Shown here piece after piece: positions 1 to 12,328 of a stretch of 64,000 bases of DNA (positions are counted from its first letter, which is position 1; the number at the start of each line of letters is the position of its first letter). This stretch comes from Schmidtea polychroa. Taxonomy: Eukaryota. The position numbers and the translations under genes were made by a program. The notes under the pieces were generated by a model. It had not been told where the DNA came from. It ran no database searches and saw only the letters and a list, made by a program, of their open reading frames with translations. The stretch covers positions 12,898,001 to 12,962,000 of the forward strand of contig CM097885.1 in NCBI GenBank assembly GCA_044892525.1, in the 5' to 3' direction.

Positions 1-310
1 CATTCCGTACTTATCTAGTGGTTCTGATTGCATGTTATCAAAAAGTAAGTCAGTATACATCGGTTATCATACACATCTATCTTCTTATAGCAGATTGAAT
101 TTGGAAATAGTGCAATATATTATCATATTCTGAATGAAAACATAATGCAATCAAAATATTTTGCATTTGTAATAAGATGCCACGTACCATTCTATTATCA
201 TATAAAATATTATACTTCATTTAAGATCACAGTTTATTTTCCGGTTTACAGAATATATAAATCTTCCACTAACAGATTATCTGTATTTTATTAATTATTT
301 CGGAAGATGA
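1..310 (+). CDS. Possible upstream ATD-coding exons of the NMDA receptor gene (approx. <1-44, 91-183, ~233-300)
   Basis: GTAAGT...TTATAG at 45-90 forms a 46-bp intron, the same size as two downstream introns. Peptides QIEFGNSAIYYHILNENIMQSKYFAFVIRCH and FIFRFTEYINLPLTDYLYFI loosely resemble iGluR ATD segments, but I cannot join them cleanly in frame. Confidence 0.3.
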
Positions 311-2584
311 TACTTTTTGTTACAGAAATTTATTCTGTATTTCTTCAAACATGTATTTTCATACATTTTTGTATATATTTATGTATGGGTCTTATAAAAA
401 TGAACGAAAGTAATATCTATTGAAATTTAATTAGGAAAAGTATTTTATGAAAGATAACTAATGTCAGGCTGGATAATTAGAAAACATAACAGGAATTTTC
501 AGACCTTCTAGGCAAGGAACAATTTTGCTCAATCGAACTTGATATTTTGAGGTTAATTATTCTATTGAGAAATATCCTAACATTTAATTATATTGGGAAT
601 TCAAACTTGTCTTGGTCTGGCTTTTCATGTTCAGTCAAAATAAATAATAATATCCCAACAAAATAACTTTTATTCAAATAAAAATTATATACACTTTGAT
701 AGATCAACATTTAACAATTGCACGATAAACACTCAGTGAATGTCACTTTCAATATCAAAAAACATCTCCCGCAAAAATATTGATTTTTTTTTAATATTTA
801 ATTAGTTTTTAATTTAATTTTAATAATTTACAATTTTCCATTTTATTGATAAATTTAAATGTTACTCTGACTCCAAGTGTGTCTTTATACGATTCACAAA
901 TAACACTTGACAACAGAAATCTTTATTGATAATCACAAATAAACTTTCTTTTCACAGTGTAAAGTCTACACTGACAATCAATTCAACACTCTGCTTGGTG
1001 ACTATACAATGCTTATTACAATACTCGGTGAGGAATAGTACTTGCGTATAACACCGGATTAAAAGATCAGAAATTACTGATTGGTTTATCAACTGAGACT
1101 TTGAGCTGGTTGTTTTCTTTGACCTTCTTCACAACTTTATTCAAATACTCTTCGTTTTATTTTTCAACTAATTCTTTTATTCAAATCTTCTCCAACAATT
1201 ATTCTTCACAAATTATTTTCTTAAAAATTATTCTTCACAAATCGTTTTCCAATAACGTTTGTTCGACTTGTCCAATTTTCTCTCTATTCTCGTCTCACTT
1301 TTGTATCAATTTGTCTCTCACGTTTCGTCTCAATTTACGTCACTCTTTGTCTCTAATTTTGTCTAATTTTGTCTCTGCTAGTATTTCTTTATATAATTTG
1401 CTTCTATTGTGGCACTCAAGATAATCAAGTGTTTTTCCACTTTTTTTCTCCAGCTTTACCCGACTGTTCCATTTTTATCTCTGACGGCTGTCAAGTTATT
1501 TTATCTTTTTCCTTTTTTGCTTAACTTTTCTGCTATCACTGACAAGCTGTCGAGATAAGAATATTGTTGTTTTCCTTTTTTCCCGATTCCAAAATTCCTT
1601 TTCCTTTTTGTACTAATTAATTAGTATTGACCTTGGTTTTCCTTTTCCTGTTTGATTCCTTTTATTTCCTTTATCTTTCTCATTTTGAATTTCTTTATAT
1701 TTCCGTTTCCTTTTCTGAGTCTCTATAGATCGTCCCGTTTGTCATGGCGATCTTCCCCAGGTAATTTTATTTATTTCTTTGTGAATTGTTATTTAGGTAT
1801 CCTCAACAATTTCATAAATTTTTGTATATCCCCAACAACTGCAACTGATTTCAATATTTATACCAAAGAAATAATATTGTTTACTAAATTCTTTTTACAT
1901 AAAAAAACATAAATTATTTTTCAGAATTTTTTCAAAAATTAATGTTGCAATTTTGTTTTAATTTGATTTTTAATCCCAATGAAAATAAATGAAATGTTAA
2001 ATGATCTTCTGCAATTTAATTAAAATTTGATTTGTAAATTTTATTTATGACGCAACTAATAATAATAAAAAATTAATTGGAAAAATTTTAATTTCAAAAA
2101 AGTCACACTAAATATTATGTGATTATTAAATAATATTGATTATCAATAATATTTTAATAAAAAATTATTTTCAAATTATAAAATCAAAATTACCAATATT
2201 GAATAAAATAAATTACTAATCGATTTATTTTTTACTTCTTACGAACTAAGATTAGGAAGCAATTTAGGAAATTCTTCATTTTCTAAAAAAAATAATAATT
2301 TTTTTCTTTTGTTCAATTATCCATGAAAATTTATCATTGATTACTTTTAATGCAGTCTTTGTCACATTCAATAATTTTGAGTCCTATAAAAGCAAAGCAA
2401 TAATGGCCCGAGAATTGTGGGCAAGAAGTCTCAGCAAACTTACGGAAATATTGAAAGAAAAGCACCAAAACAATGACAGTGCAATAAGAAATAAATTGAG
2501 TCCATTTAATTTATGCGAAAATAAAAATCCCAAATTGAAAATTGGACCTAAACTATTTCAGTAAGTTTAGCAATCATTTTTATT

Positions 2585-2664
<80 letters not shown>

Positions 2665-3742
2665 TCATAAAATTAACAAATTTAATAAACTTCACTATAT
2701 TTATAATTATTATTTAATTTTCTTGATAATTAAAACAAAATTTTTATACCGCTATTAATTTCTGTTAGTTTCGATTTAAAAATCGTCTGCACAGTGCAAA
2801 TATGGATTATTGATTTGAGTAAAATAATTATTTATTATCCATTAACCGCATTAGCGACATATTTGAGCATTAATCAATTTATTATTATCTATTTGTCAAT
2901 GGAAATTCGGCCAAATAATATTTTCTCTGTGAAATAATTCATTTGTCACATACAGACTCTTTTGAAAATAATTAATTTCAATTTTCCTTCGCAAAATGTC
3001 ATTTAATATTAAATTTAGCCGGTTGGAATTAATTATTTAAATGTATCCGACGAGTTTTAGTAAGAGGGGGAGGAGGGGGGGTTGGCGGGTTATAATGTTG
3101 GTTAGTGAATAGATCTGAACATTTATTCAAATTCGAATCTAATTTTTGTTTGAATTATCTGAAAAAGCAGTGAATTTATTTATTCATTTTTTCTATTGAT
3201 TGGTGGAAAATTATTTCTAACAAATTGTGTTAATATTGTATAATAATATTACCATATTTATCTTTTGGTTTAACCTTTAATCTTTTTTTTAAATTAATAA
3301 TTTTCATATAAATGTTTGGAACAATATATAAGGAACAGGATACATGTTGTCACAGCCTTTATCAAATGTACACTTAATAATGGCTCTGTCGAAATATTGT
3401 GTAACTTATAAAATGTTTACAAAGATTATTATGAAAATTATTGAAAAATAATATTGACCAACTGATTTTAATTAAAATTACTTAAGAAATAGATTTTACT
3501 GACAGATTTAACAGGAGAAAATTATTTTAAAAAATAAATTAAATAAATTCATTATATCGATAAATGTTATGAAATAAATAAAATATTATTGCCAGTATAT
3601 CAATGATATTACAATTCTTTCAGTGGAATTGTCTTGTAATACATGACTTTGGAGTGTGTGCATTCCTAGCATTTTATTATATGTGTATGTGTGTATTTCT
3701 AGAATTTTATTATTTTTTGTGTGTATGACTTGATTGTCTAGA

Positions 3743-4034
3743 ACACCCGTTTGCAGAGAACAAACGCATCTATAATGTAAAAAAAATCAATAAGTGTATA
3801 TTATATAAACATACAAACTTGTCCGTGGGTTTATATTTAGCGTTGCAATGGACAAACGCATTTAATATAGAAAGTGATAGAAGAAACAACTGACACTCAC
3901 AAATACAACACAGTAGAAAATGCATGCAAAATTAAACTTAAATTAATTATTTCATCACAAATGATGACACATCTATAATTGGTTGTACATACAAACCTGT
4001 ATTATATATGCGTTTGTTCACTGCAAACGGGTGT
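3743..4034. mobile_element. MITE with 34-bp TIRs
   Basis: ACACCCGTTTGCAGAGAACAAACGCATCTATAAT and its reverse complement at 4001-4034 (2 mismatches). Confidence 0.7.
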
Positions 4035-4529
4035 ATGGCTGAGATCGAGGCCAGAATGTTACACATTGGTTAAAATGGAATATGTTTGCATGCTCTTCGA
4101 CACTTTTGTAAAGTAATATATAAGAATTTGAATAATGATCTCATAATTATATAAAATCAAAATTCAATCCTTATAATTTACTTAAAATTAAAAATTTTAC
4201 CTGAAAGCCATTTCAAAAATGGCTAAAATAAGACATCGAATTTATCGATTATGTTTTTGTATGTTAATTTTTAAGAGTTAATACTGTCACCTAGTTGATA
4301 AAGGAAAGGCCTATTGAAATTAAAGAAACCTATATATTGAGTTTCTGTCCCGAAGATTCTATGAATTAAACAATAGAATTATACTGTGAATTGAGAAAAG
4401 ATATGAAATATATTTTACACTATTTGATATTGTTTATTTATGAATTATTGTCATTTTCTTCATGAAATGTTCCATTTAATTGTGATCAACTATTATACTT
4501 CATTACTATGGACTATTCTTTGGCTTTAA

Positions 4530-4828
4530 CCACTTGCGCTATATTGACGTGCCAGGCACGTCTTGATGATTTTTTTCAGAACTGCAAGTGACGTGTATAC
4601 CACGTCGATAGTATTTGTCGCAAAAACAAAAACGACGTGTTTGCAACGTCGGCTGACAAGCCGATAATTATTTATATTCGTGAAAATCTTTTATGTGAGA
4701 CCTTACCCTCGCGCTAAGCACTGGTCAAACCTCTGAGCTCGCTGACGCGGTGAGGCGTCGATGCCTTACGATACTTTATATAATAGAGAGCGGCTCAGCT
4801 ACCGAAAATTAAATCATAGCGCAAGTGG
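4530..4828. mobile_element. piggyBac-type MITE
   Basis: Perfect 13-bp TIR CCACTTGCGCTAT with a TTAA TSD on both sides. Confidence 0.85.
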
Positions 4829-5147
4829 TTAATGTTTATTCTTATTTCTCTTTAATAAGTGAAAATAAAATGTCTTAATGGTAAAGAGAACTTATAAAGA
4901 AATTTTTTGTCAACTTAAGGACACCAAATTATATGCTATTCTAATATGATAAATGTTTAATCTTTCGCCTGGATCTTTATCTTCAATATTTATTAATGGC
5001 TGATAAACGAAGGGAAAAGGAGAAAGATTTGAAGTTGGAAAGATTACAGCATTAATTATAATTTAGTTTAGATTTTTAAAAATTATATTTTCTAATCGAA
5101 AGCTTCATTTGACATAGTACCGACGTTGTTCACGCAATGAGTGTCAA

Positions 5148-5169
<22 letters not shown>

Positions 5170-5178
<9 letters not shown>

Positions 5179-5370
5179 GAACTTTTATTTCTTCCAATTT
5201 CACCACTGATTATTTTATCCATTGAATTGGTAATATATCGATGTTTGTTGATACTCACAAATTTTCGACACTGCTTATTCACTTGAAAAAGGCAGTGCCG
5301 AAAATTTGTGAGTATCAACAAACATCGATATATTACTGATTTATAGTCTTCAAACTCTCTTTTCAATTCA

Positions 5371-5372
<2 letters not shown>
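5170..5372. mobile_element. Dispersed Penelope-like pLTR fragment with an internal inversion
   Basis: 44-bp inverted duplication (5231-5274 vs 5292-5335) and a hammerhead-like core. Related pieces near 36090-36250, 37850-37940, 45885-46050, 48255-48320, 52144-52285, 52985-53045, 60010-60155. Confidence 0.6.
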
Positions 5373-5425
<53 letters not shown>

Positions 5426-5876
5426 TCAAAAAACATTACATCACTGTTTGTACAGTCCTTTTTATTTTCCAAATTGCAGATAATCGATATTTTAGATCAA
5501 TTTTTTAACCTTGAATGATTCAATCAACATATCAATATTCATAATTTTAAAGATGCAGTGATGCATTTTATGGGCAAAAACCCTCAAATTTTCTTTAGAA
5601 TCACCTTCCAAACATGCTGGTAAACATAGAAATTCTTTTGCAAAAAAATAAACTCTACATAACTTGTTTATAGTAAATAAGAAAAATATATGCGATCATT
5701 TATTTATTTCTATACGAGTCTCAATACTTATTAGGTGCACCACATAAATTGATCAGATATGTGAAGTTATTGCAGAAGAATTGTAACTAATTCATGAATG
5801 CAAATGATTTCTTGTCTGTGTTCTTTCGGATTACACTTTAGAATATTTAATTCATATTTAAATTGTTGGTCTTTAA

Positions 5877-5947
<71 letters not shown>

Positions 5948-5961
5948 AATAATAATAATAA

Positions 5962-6012
<51 letters not shown>

Positions 6013-6095
6013 CAACAAAAATAATAAAGTGAATGAAAATAAAATATTTTAAAAACTTACCTAAATATTATATTTTGAAAATTTTTATTATTTAG

Positions 6096-6225
6096 AATAA
6101 TGAAGTCTATGACATTGAAAATCAACGGTGAATACGTAGGATTCCTCAATAATGGTGCTATCAACACAACGGAACTCTTGATCTTCAATTCTCAAACAAA
6201 GATTAGCGGACTCGGTTGGCATAAA
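6096..6225 (+). CDS. Nmdar2: NMDA receptor GluN2-like subunit, exon (end of ATD)
   Basis: tttAG acceptor and GTTAG donor. Encodes IMKSMTLKINGEYVGFLNNGAINTTELLIFNSQTKISGLGWHK and joins the next exon to give the conserved W-x-K-V-G-x-W. Not in the ORF track. Confidence 0.8.
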
Positions 6226-6794
6226 GTTAGTATTATATAATAATGTATATGTTAAAGGAATATGATAGACGAAATGATTAATATAAAAAGTCTACATTAT
6301 AAGTCACATACCAATTTTGATTGGTTGAAAAGGTCGTTTTAAAATCTAACTATTCATTATATATTATATGGTAGAAGAGAAATGGATACAGAATTTCACG
6401 GTTAACCTTGTGATGAAATTTAGTGTTTCAAAATGCGGTGATACCTTGATATAAATCTTGTTTAGACGGAAAATATTTCCCAAGGTATTTAACCTTTCTT
6501 TGGAATAGGACTGGAGCGCTATAACTATCTGTGAATTTTCACATGATTTTTTGTTTTTTCTCATAAAGTTTAATTAAAACAGAATAATCATTCTCCATTC
6601 ATTTCTTACGTGACAAATATATATTTCGTATGTTTTATTGAAATGATTAATCTTATAGTTTGACATTTATAAGATATATCCAGAGATTTAAAAATTTATT
6701 TACCACAACTTTTCCCTATTTAAACAAAATTAATTTTTGTTAAAACAATTTGTGGTTAATATTTATAATCACAACAATTAATTTACGTGGTATC

Positions 6795-7050
6795 TTGACA
6801 AGTGGTTCACTGACTTATGGTTCATCGACAAATGGTTCATGACAATTGGTTCACAACATTTGCTTCACGATATTTGGTTCACTATCTTTTTTCAGTGTTC
6901 TCGTAGACTAATACTGTCAGATAGAGACAGAATTTATGACAATGTTACTAAATTGGATAAAATTACGTATGATTGTGACCGCTATTTTCAAATTGTTATT
7001 GCCACACAATAGTAAACCAAATGTCGTGAACCAAATGCCGTGGATCCAAT
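6795..7050. repeat. MITE-like repeat with ~14-bp TGGTTCAC subrepeats, inverted at the two ends
   Basis: Tandem tggttca(c/t) units at 6800-6885; inverted gtgaacca-type units at 7010-7050. Confidence 0.5.
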
Positions 7051-7805
7051 TTACATATATTGAAAATTATTTCACATGAAGAAAATCATAATAAGTCCTA
7101 AAATATTTATTTATATATAATTAAAAGTTAAAACAATAATTATATATAAATAAGGCTTTCATTCCGGGATCCCACGAATCGGTAAATCACTTTTATTTGG
7201 TTTCAATGTTTGTTGTTTATAGGACAAATCAATTTGTTGACTGCACAGTGCATTGACTGGGATTTGTAAGTCAACAATTTTAATTAAAAATCAATATTTT
7301 CTGTTTATCTTTTTTAAGAAATGCAATTAAACTCCCTGCATTAAACGTGCCGTGAATAACGCACATACCTACAGACAAGGTAACTCTCTTGAAAATTTAA
7401 AGAAAGTTTTTTAATATTTATTTGCATATATATATATATATATATATATTATCATTCGGTGGTATCAAATTGTTGTCAAAATAATTACATTCAAATATTC
7501 ACATGGCCGAATTGTCCACAAAATATTTTTGCCATAATTAATAAACTTGACAAAATGGTAAAGTAAATATGAAATTACATCCATAGAATAAATTAATTTA
7601 TATAAAATAATTATACTAAATATGGAGATGTCTTTTTGAATTAATTTACTCAATGTCCTCCTCAATTGCTAAATTTGGGAAAATTTGTCAAGATTGATTA
7701 ACAGCTAAAAATTTATAAAATTTCATTTAATAGTCGGTAAATATGTTTTACAAGTTTTTTAATTTATTTTTCCATTTTTTAGTTTTATATCATTATTAAT
7801 ATTAA

Positions 7806-7872
<67 letters not shown>

Positions 7873-7876
7873 ATTA

Positions 7877-7971
<95 letters not shown>

Positions 7972-8019
7972 GATATTGTTTTTTAATAATAATTGAGACA
8001 AGGAAAGATACGAATAATT

Positions 8020-8995
8020 GTTGGAATCTATTATTTTTGTCAACACTGCAATCATTATTTATATGGAAAACGGTTCATTTTGAGAACGGTCCATAAAGCT
8101 ATCACGTTTATGTTATCCACAAAGAAATCAATAACAACGCAATTTCAGACATGGATAAACTACCTCAGTAGTCTGGATATTGAAATAGAGTATAGAAAAG
8201 GTACGGATCATGCAAATGTAGACATGCTGTCAAGAAGTACATGTGGAACATGCACACAATGTTTATTGGTACACGAAGACGCAAAAGTGGAAAGAATGAA
8301 AACCAGAAGAATAAACACGATGGAAAAAGCTGAAGATTATAAGTGGCAAAGAGATAATACATAAATAGAACAAATAAAAATTTTGCCGCTAAACAGTATG
8401 AGGAAACGGTGAAGGAAACAATACTACAAAAATGGATTCTTAGATTTGGAACACCAAAGGAAATTCAAACAGATTGTGGAAAAGTATTTGAATATAAGAC
8501 GATGAAAGATTTTACAAAATCAATGGGAATTACACAATGTTTTTCAAGTCCATACCACCATAATACAAATGGTTATATAAATGCATCATTAAAAAAAATA
8601 GAACAGATTGGGCAGTGATCATACCAGAGATTGATTTTACCATGAATGCAACATTTCAGAAATCAATTGGGCGAAGTCCCGCAGAAGTAATATTTGGAAG
8701 TAAAATAGCTCGAGAACAATTTCATAGTAAAGCGCCGATTTCACAAACAGAAGATACACGAGAAACAACGCAGACAAAAAAAATCATTCAATATTGGAGG
8801 TTCTGGTAAAAGTAGAATCAAGAACGAAAGACAAGGAAAGATACGAAGGGCCATACAGAATAATGCAGAAGATCCATCATCGCCGATATCTGCTACAAGA
8901 CTAAAGTGGGAAAATGCTTCAAAGAAATGTTGAAAAGATGAAGAAATTTCTTAAAGAAGGGGGATGTGAGGTGTTTTCAGCTGAGAATTAAATAT
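8020..8995 (+). mobile_element. Ty3/Gypsy LTR retrotransposon pol remnant (RNase H, integrase core, GPY, PPT, start of 3' LTR)
   Basis: HYLYGKRFILRT...IEYRKGTDHANVDMLSR; RFGTPKEIQTDCG...SPYHHNTNG; GPY motif; polypurine tract AAAGAAGGGGGA at 8953-8964 followed by TG; stops and frameshifts. Confidence 0.9.
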
Positions 8996-10387
8996 TTCAA
9001 TGATTTATTAAGATAATTTTAAACTGTAAATAATAGACTATTAAAATAACTTTTAAAATAATTTTTAAATTGAAATTTTTAAATTTTTAAATTGAAAAAT
9101 TAAATTATCTTTTTAAAAGAAGTTTTGTTAATAAATAATTTTTAAATAAATATATTTTAAATATCGAAATTTTAATAAATGGTTTTGAAAATATTTTATT
9201 CATGCTGAAAATTAGTTTGAAAATTATACAATATTTCAGTAAATAAATACTTGGAATAATGACGTTAACTTTTGAACCAGATTTAAAAAATAATTTAGAA
9301 GATGTTTTAGCCGCTTCTAATAATAATAATAATATTTATTATTTTTTAATAAACTAAATTGTTATTTCCTTTACTTTATTATTTCCTCAGGCTATTTATT
9401 AATCTAAAAATAAAGAAAATGTAATAATAATAATAAATATTATTATTAATATTAATGCATATTTTTGTTCACTTTTGAATTTTTTTTATTTTCTTTTAAA
9501 ATTTTATTTGCTTTCAATAAAATAATTTTCAATATCACATATAGACAAAGTAATGAAAAAATAAATGAAATTTTTAAAAGAAAATAATAATAATTATTAT
9601 TATTATAGTTATTTAAAACAATAAAGTGATAATTTAAGCCTTTTGCTGCGAATAATGTATTTAATGACAAAATTTTCGACTATAAGATAGCCCTTTCTCC
9701 GTATTTCCAAGTATTTTGCCCGGCTTAGGCCTTTTGAAAGTATAAAGTGATAATATCTTGGTAGCAGCATTTATTATTTAAAGTGATAATTTAAGCCTTT
9801 TGCTGCAAATAAAGTATTTAATGAAAACATTTTCGACTTGAAAACATTTTCCTTGTCAATCTCCTTTTATACTATTATCCCTATTATAATTATAATCGAG
9901 CCATTTAAAATTAATACGTTATCTCCAAGAAAGATGAAAAATCCAAAATGAATGACCAAGTATTGAAATAATCACACTATAAATAATTAATTAGTCATAA
10001 TTAAATACTTCCTTTCGGTTTTTAACCGAGATTTTCAGTGAAAAATAAGGGTGAATGTAATTTGAGTATATAAAAATCCAAATCCCGGGGATGCTAACCA
10101 GAAAGTTAGTAAATAATAATTCTTAATTATATCCCAACTAAATTTGATGAAAATAAATATACAAAATATAATAATTATAAATTCTATTTATTGGGAATAT
10201 ATGGAAAAGGTACATGAAATTTGGATTCAAATAATTGTAACAATTTATTAATAATATTTTGAGACATTTTTCAGTTCAATTATGCATAGAAATGTACAGA
10301 TGGAGTTGATAGGTTTAATTCTCTCTATTTTATTGGGAAAATGTTTTTTTTAATTTTATTTCATTAATTAATGAATTAAAAAACTAT

Positions 10388-11141
10388 AGTAGGTAGTTAT
10401 GTGCACTCTAGATCCAGATACCCCCCCCTATTTTTTTTGTAAATTTTTAAAAGACCCCCCCCCTTTAATTTTTTTAAAAATTTTTTAAAAGACCCCCCCC
10501 CCATAATTTTTTTTTTAATTTTTAAAATACCCCCCCCTATTTTTTTAATTATCGATTACGTAATAATTTTACTTTTTGTTTTAATCATCGATTACGTAAT
10601 AATCTAAAAATTTTTAAAACGCCGATTACATCATTGATTTTAATTTTTTATAAGAATTTTTTATGTCATTATACTTGAAATTTAATTCTCTGTTAAATGA
10701 GACTATGATGTAATCAAAATTCTGAAATTTCATTTTTAGTACACGATTTTTAAATTTACACATCTTTTTAAACAAATTGAGATGTTTTCACTCAAACAAT
10801 ATATAGATAGAATTTTAATCTCTATAAAATGACATCATTATTTACTTCAAATTCATAATCATAACACCTTAAATAATGTATTTTTCAGCCAACTTTTACA
10901 TACACACATATTTTCAACTTTTAAAAAATACAAATTAATCATCTATACTTAACTCATAGTAAATAATTATATTAAAAGACATATTAAAAGATGTATTAAA
11001 AACTAAACATTTATTAAAATCCCAGAGAAATTCGAGCACTATCTAATTTCCAAATCGGTGATATGACATCTTTCTCATCCAGTTTATATCCCTGTATTGA
11101 AATATTTACAAACCAGCTTTCCCCATCTTTATATTCAATTT
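10388..11141 (+). repeat. Left terminal inverted repeat of the Polinton-like element
   Basis: Reverse complement of 17189-17874, with indels in the C-tract region. Confidence 0.93.
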
Positions 11142-11487
11142 CTTCAAAGGCATCATGAAAACGAGAATTTCGATTGTTGATGATTATATTTCCATTGCAA
11201 CTTAGATTCTTATTGATTTTCCCCAACACTTTATTTACTGCAACAACATCTTCTTTTGTTATATGAGCAATGAAACTTGAATATTGCGACTTGATCAATT
11301 TGACTGCATTTGAGAATTTATATGGAATTTCGTCTACCAAGAAATATATCTTATGGTTATGATACATTTGTACTGGTTTCACATCATTCTTGGCATGCTT
11401 CGTCTCAGTTATTTTCTTAATTGGGCTTGTTTCTTTCAATAAATTAGAAAATGTTTTCTCACCAAAAACGTTCTTCTTGGATTGCAT
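11014..11487 (-). CDS. Polinton accessory protein of unknown function (157 aa)
   Basis: Intact, intronless ATG-TAA ORF with normal protein composition; stop codon overlaps AATAAA. Confidence 0.75.
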   Translation of the reverse strand: MQSKKNVFGEKTFSNLLKETSPIKKITETKHAKNDVKPVQMYHNHKIYFLVDEIPYKFSNAVKLIKSQYSSFIAHITKEDVVAVNKVLGKINKNLSCNGNIIINNRNSRFHDAFEEIEYKDGESWFVNISIQGYKLDEKDVISPIWKLDSARISLGF

Positions 11488-11840
11488 TTTTTAAAAAATA
11501 ATGACTATGATGTCATTTTTTCTCTCTTTTATACTTGTGTATAACCAATCAAATTAATGCATTTGTATTGCAAACAACATGCATGTGTCATTGACCTTCG
11601 TGTGTGACCTTTGTATGTGACCTTTACCTTTGTGACCTTTGTATGTGATTCATACAGGGTTTGCATATGTATTGCAGATGTATTGCAAATTAGTTAATTA
11701 AAACGTGTACTAATTAGTGTGATATTAAAAATATTATACTAATACATGTAACATAAAAATACTATAACATAAAAATAGTGTACTATCACAAGTAACAATA
11801 TAAAATTAGAAAACAATGTATTATAATAACTAAACATTTA

Positions 11841-12200
11841 TTAGTGATCTACAATTAATGAAAAGTGAGCTTTTCTCAACTCTTTTCTTAATATCCATAT
11901 ATTATACTTCTTCTCTCTATCAATACATCCTTCGCACTTGTATGGGCATACTGATGGCTTGCTGCTGTCAACAGGGTCAAGATCGTCTTCTAACGTCCTC
12001 AAGTGATCAAACAAGACCACATTCAAATCTATTCCGGTAGACATCCATATTCTGAATGGAATAATCTCTGGTGCCCAATAGATTAGATCCTTTAAAATAT
12101 TCGGATATAATTCCCCCATTTTCCCAATCAGAATCTGTATCATTTTTTCTAAAACATTTAAAATTATAAATATAAAAAAGCAATAATCAAAATATACCAT
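11841..12200 (-). CDS. Polinton accessory protein of unknown function (up to 119 aa; CxxxCxxC motif)
   Basis: Intact ORF; shares a 16-nt stop/polyA motif with the neighbouring ORF; the true start may be a downstream ATG. Confidence 0.65.
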   Translation of the reverse strand: MVYFDYCFFIFIILNVLEKMIQILIGKMGELYPNILKDLIYWAPEIIPFRIWMSTGIDLNVVLFDHLRTLEDDLDPVDSSKPSVCPYKCEGCIDREKKYNIWILRKELRKAHFSLIVDH

Positions 12201-12328
12201 TTACAGTTAAATTTGACATTCTCAACTAGTACTAAATAAATGATTAAACTGTTATTGTATATATATATATATACTTATTTCGATACACACCATCAACCAA
12301 TTGGATTCATGCATAGACGATTGTAACT

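Noticed and set aside
850..2564. F/S/L-rich ORFs 1101, 1652, 2337; possible LTR-element remnant
   Set aside because: No recognisable domain or termini; composition explained by pyrimidine skew.
5767..6052. Poly-I/L/N ORFs (also 7759, 16661, 16791, 40280-40664, 42625-42897, 46129-46345)
   Set aside because: Translations of (AAT)n microsatellites.
10421..10537. G-quadruplex from four G-runs on the minus strand
   Set aside because: Loops are ~20-28 nt and the array is absent from the right TIR.
11858..12040. 60-aa plus-strand ORF
   Set aside because: Antisense shadow of the better supported ORF 11841-12200.
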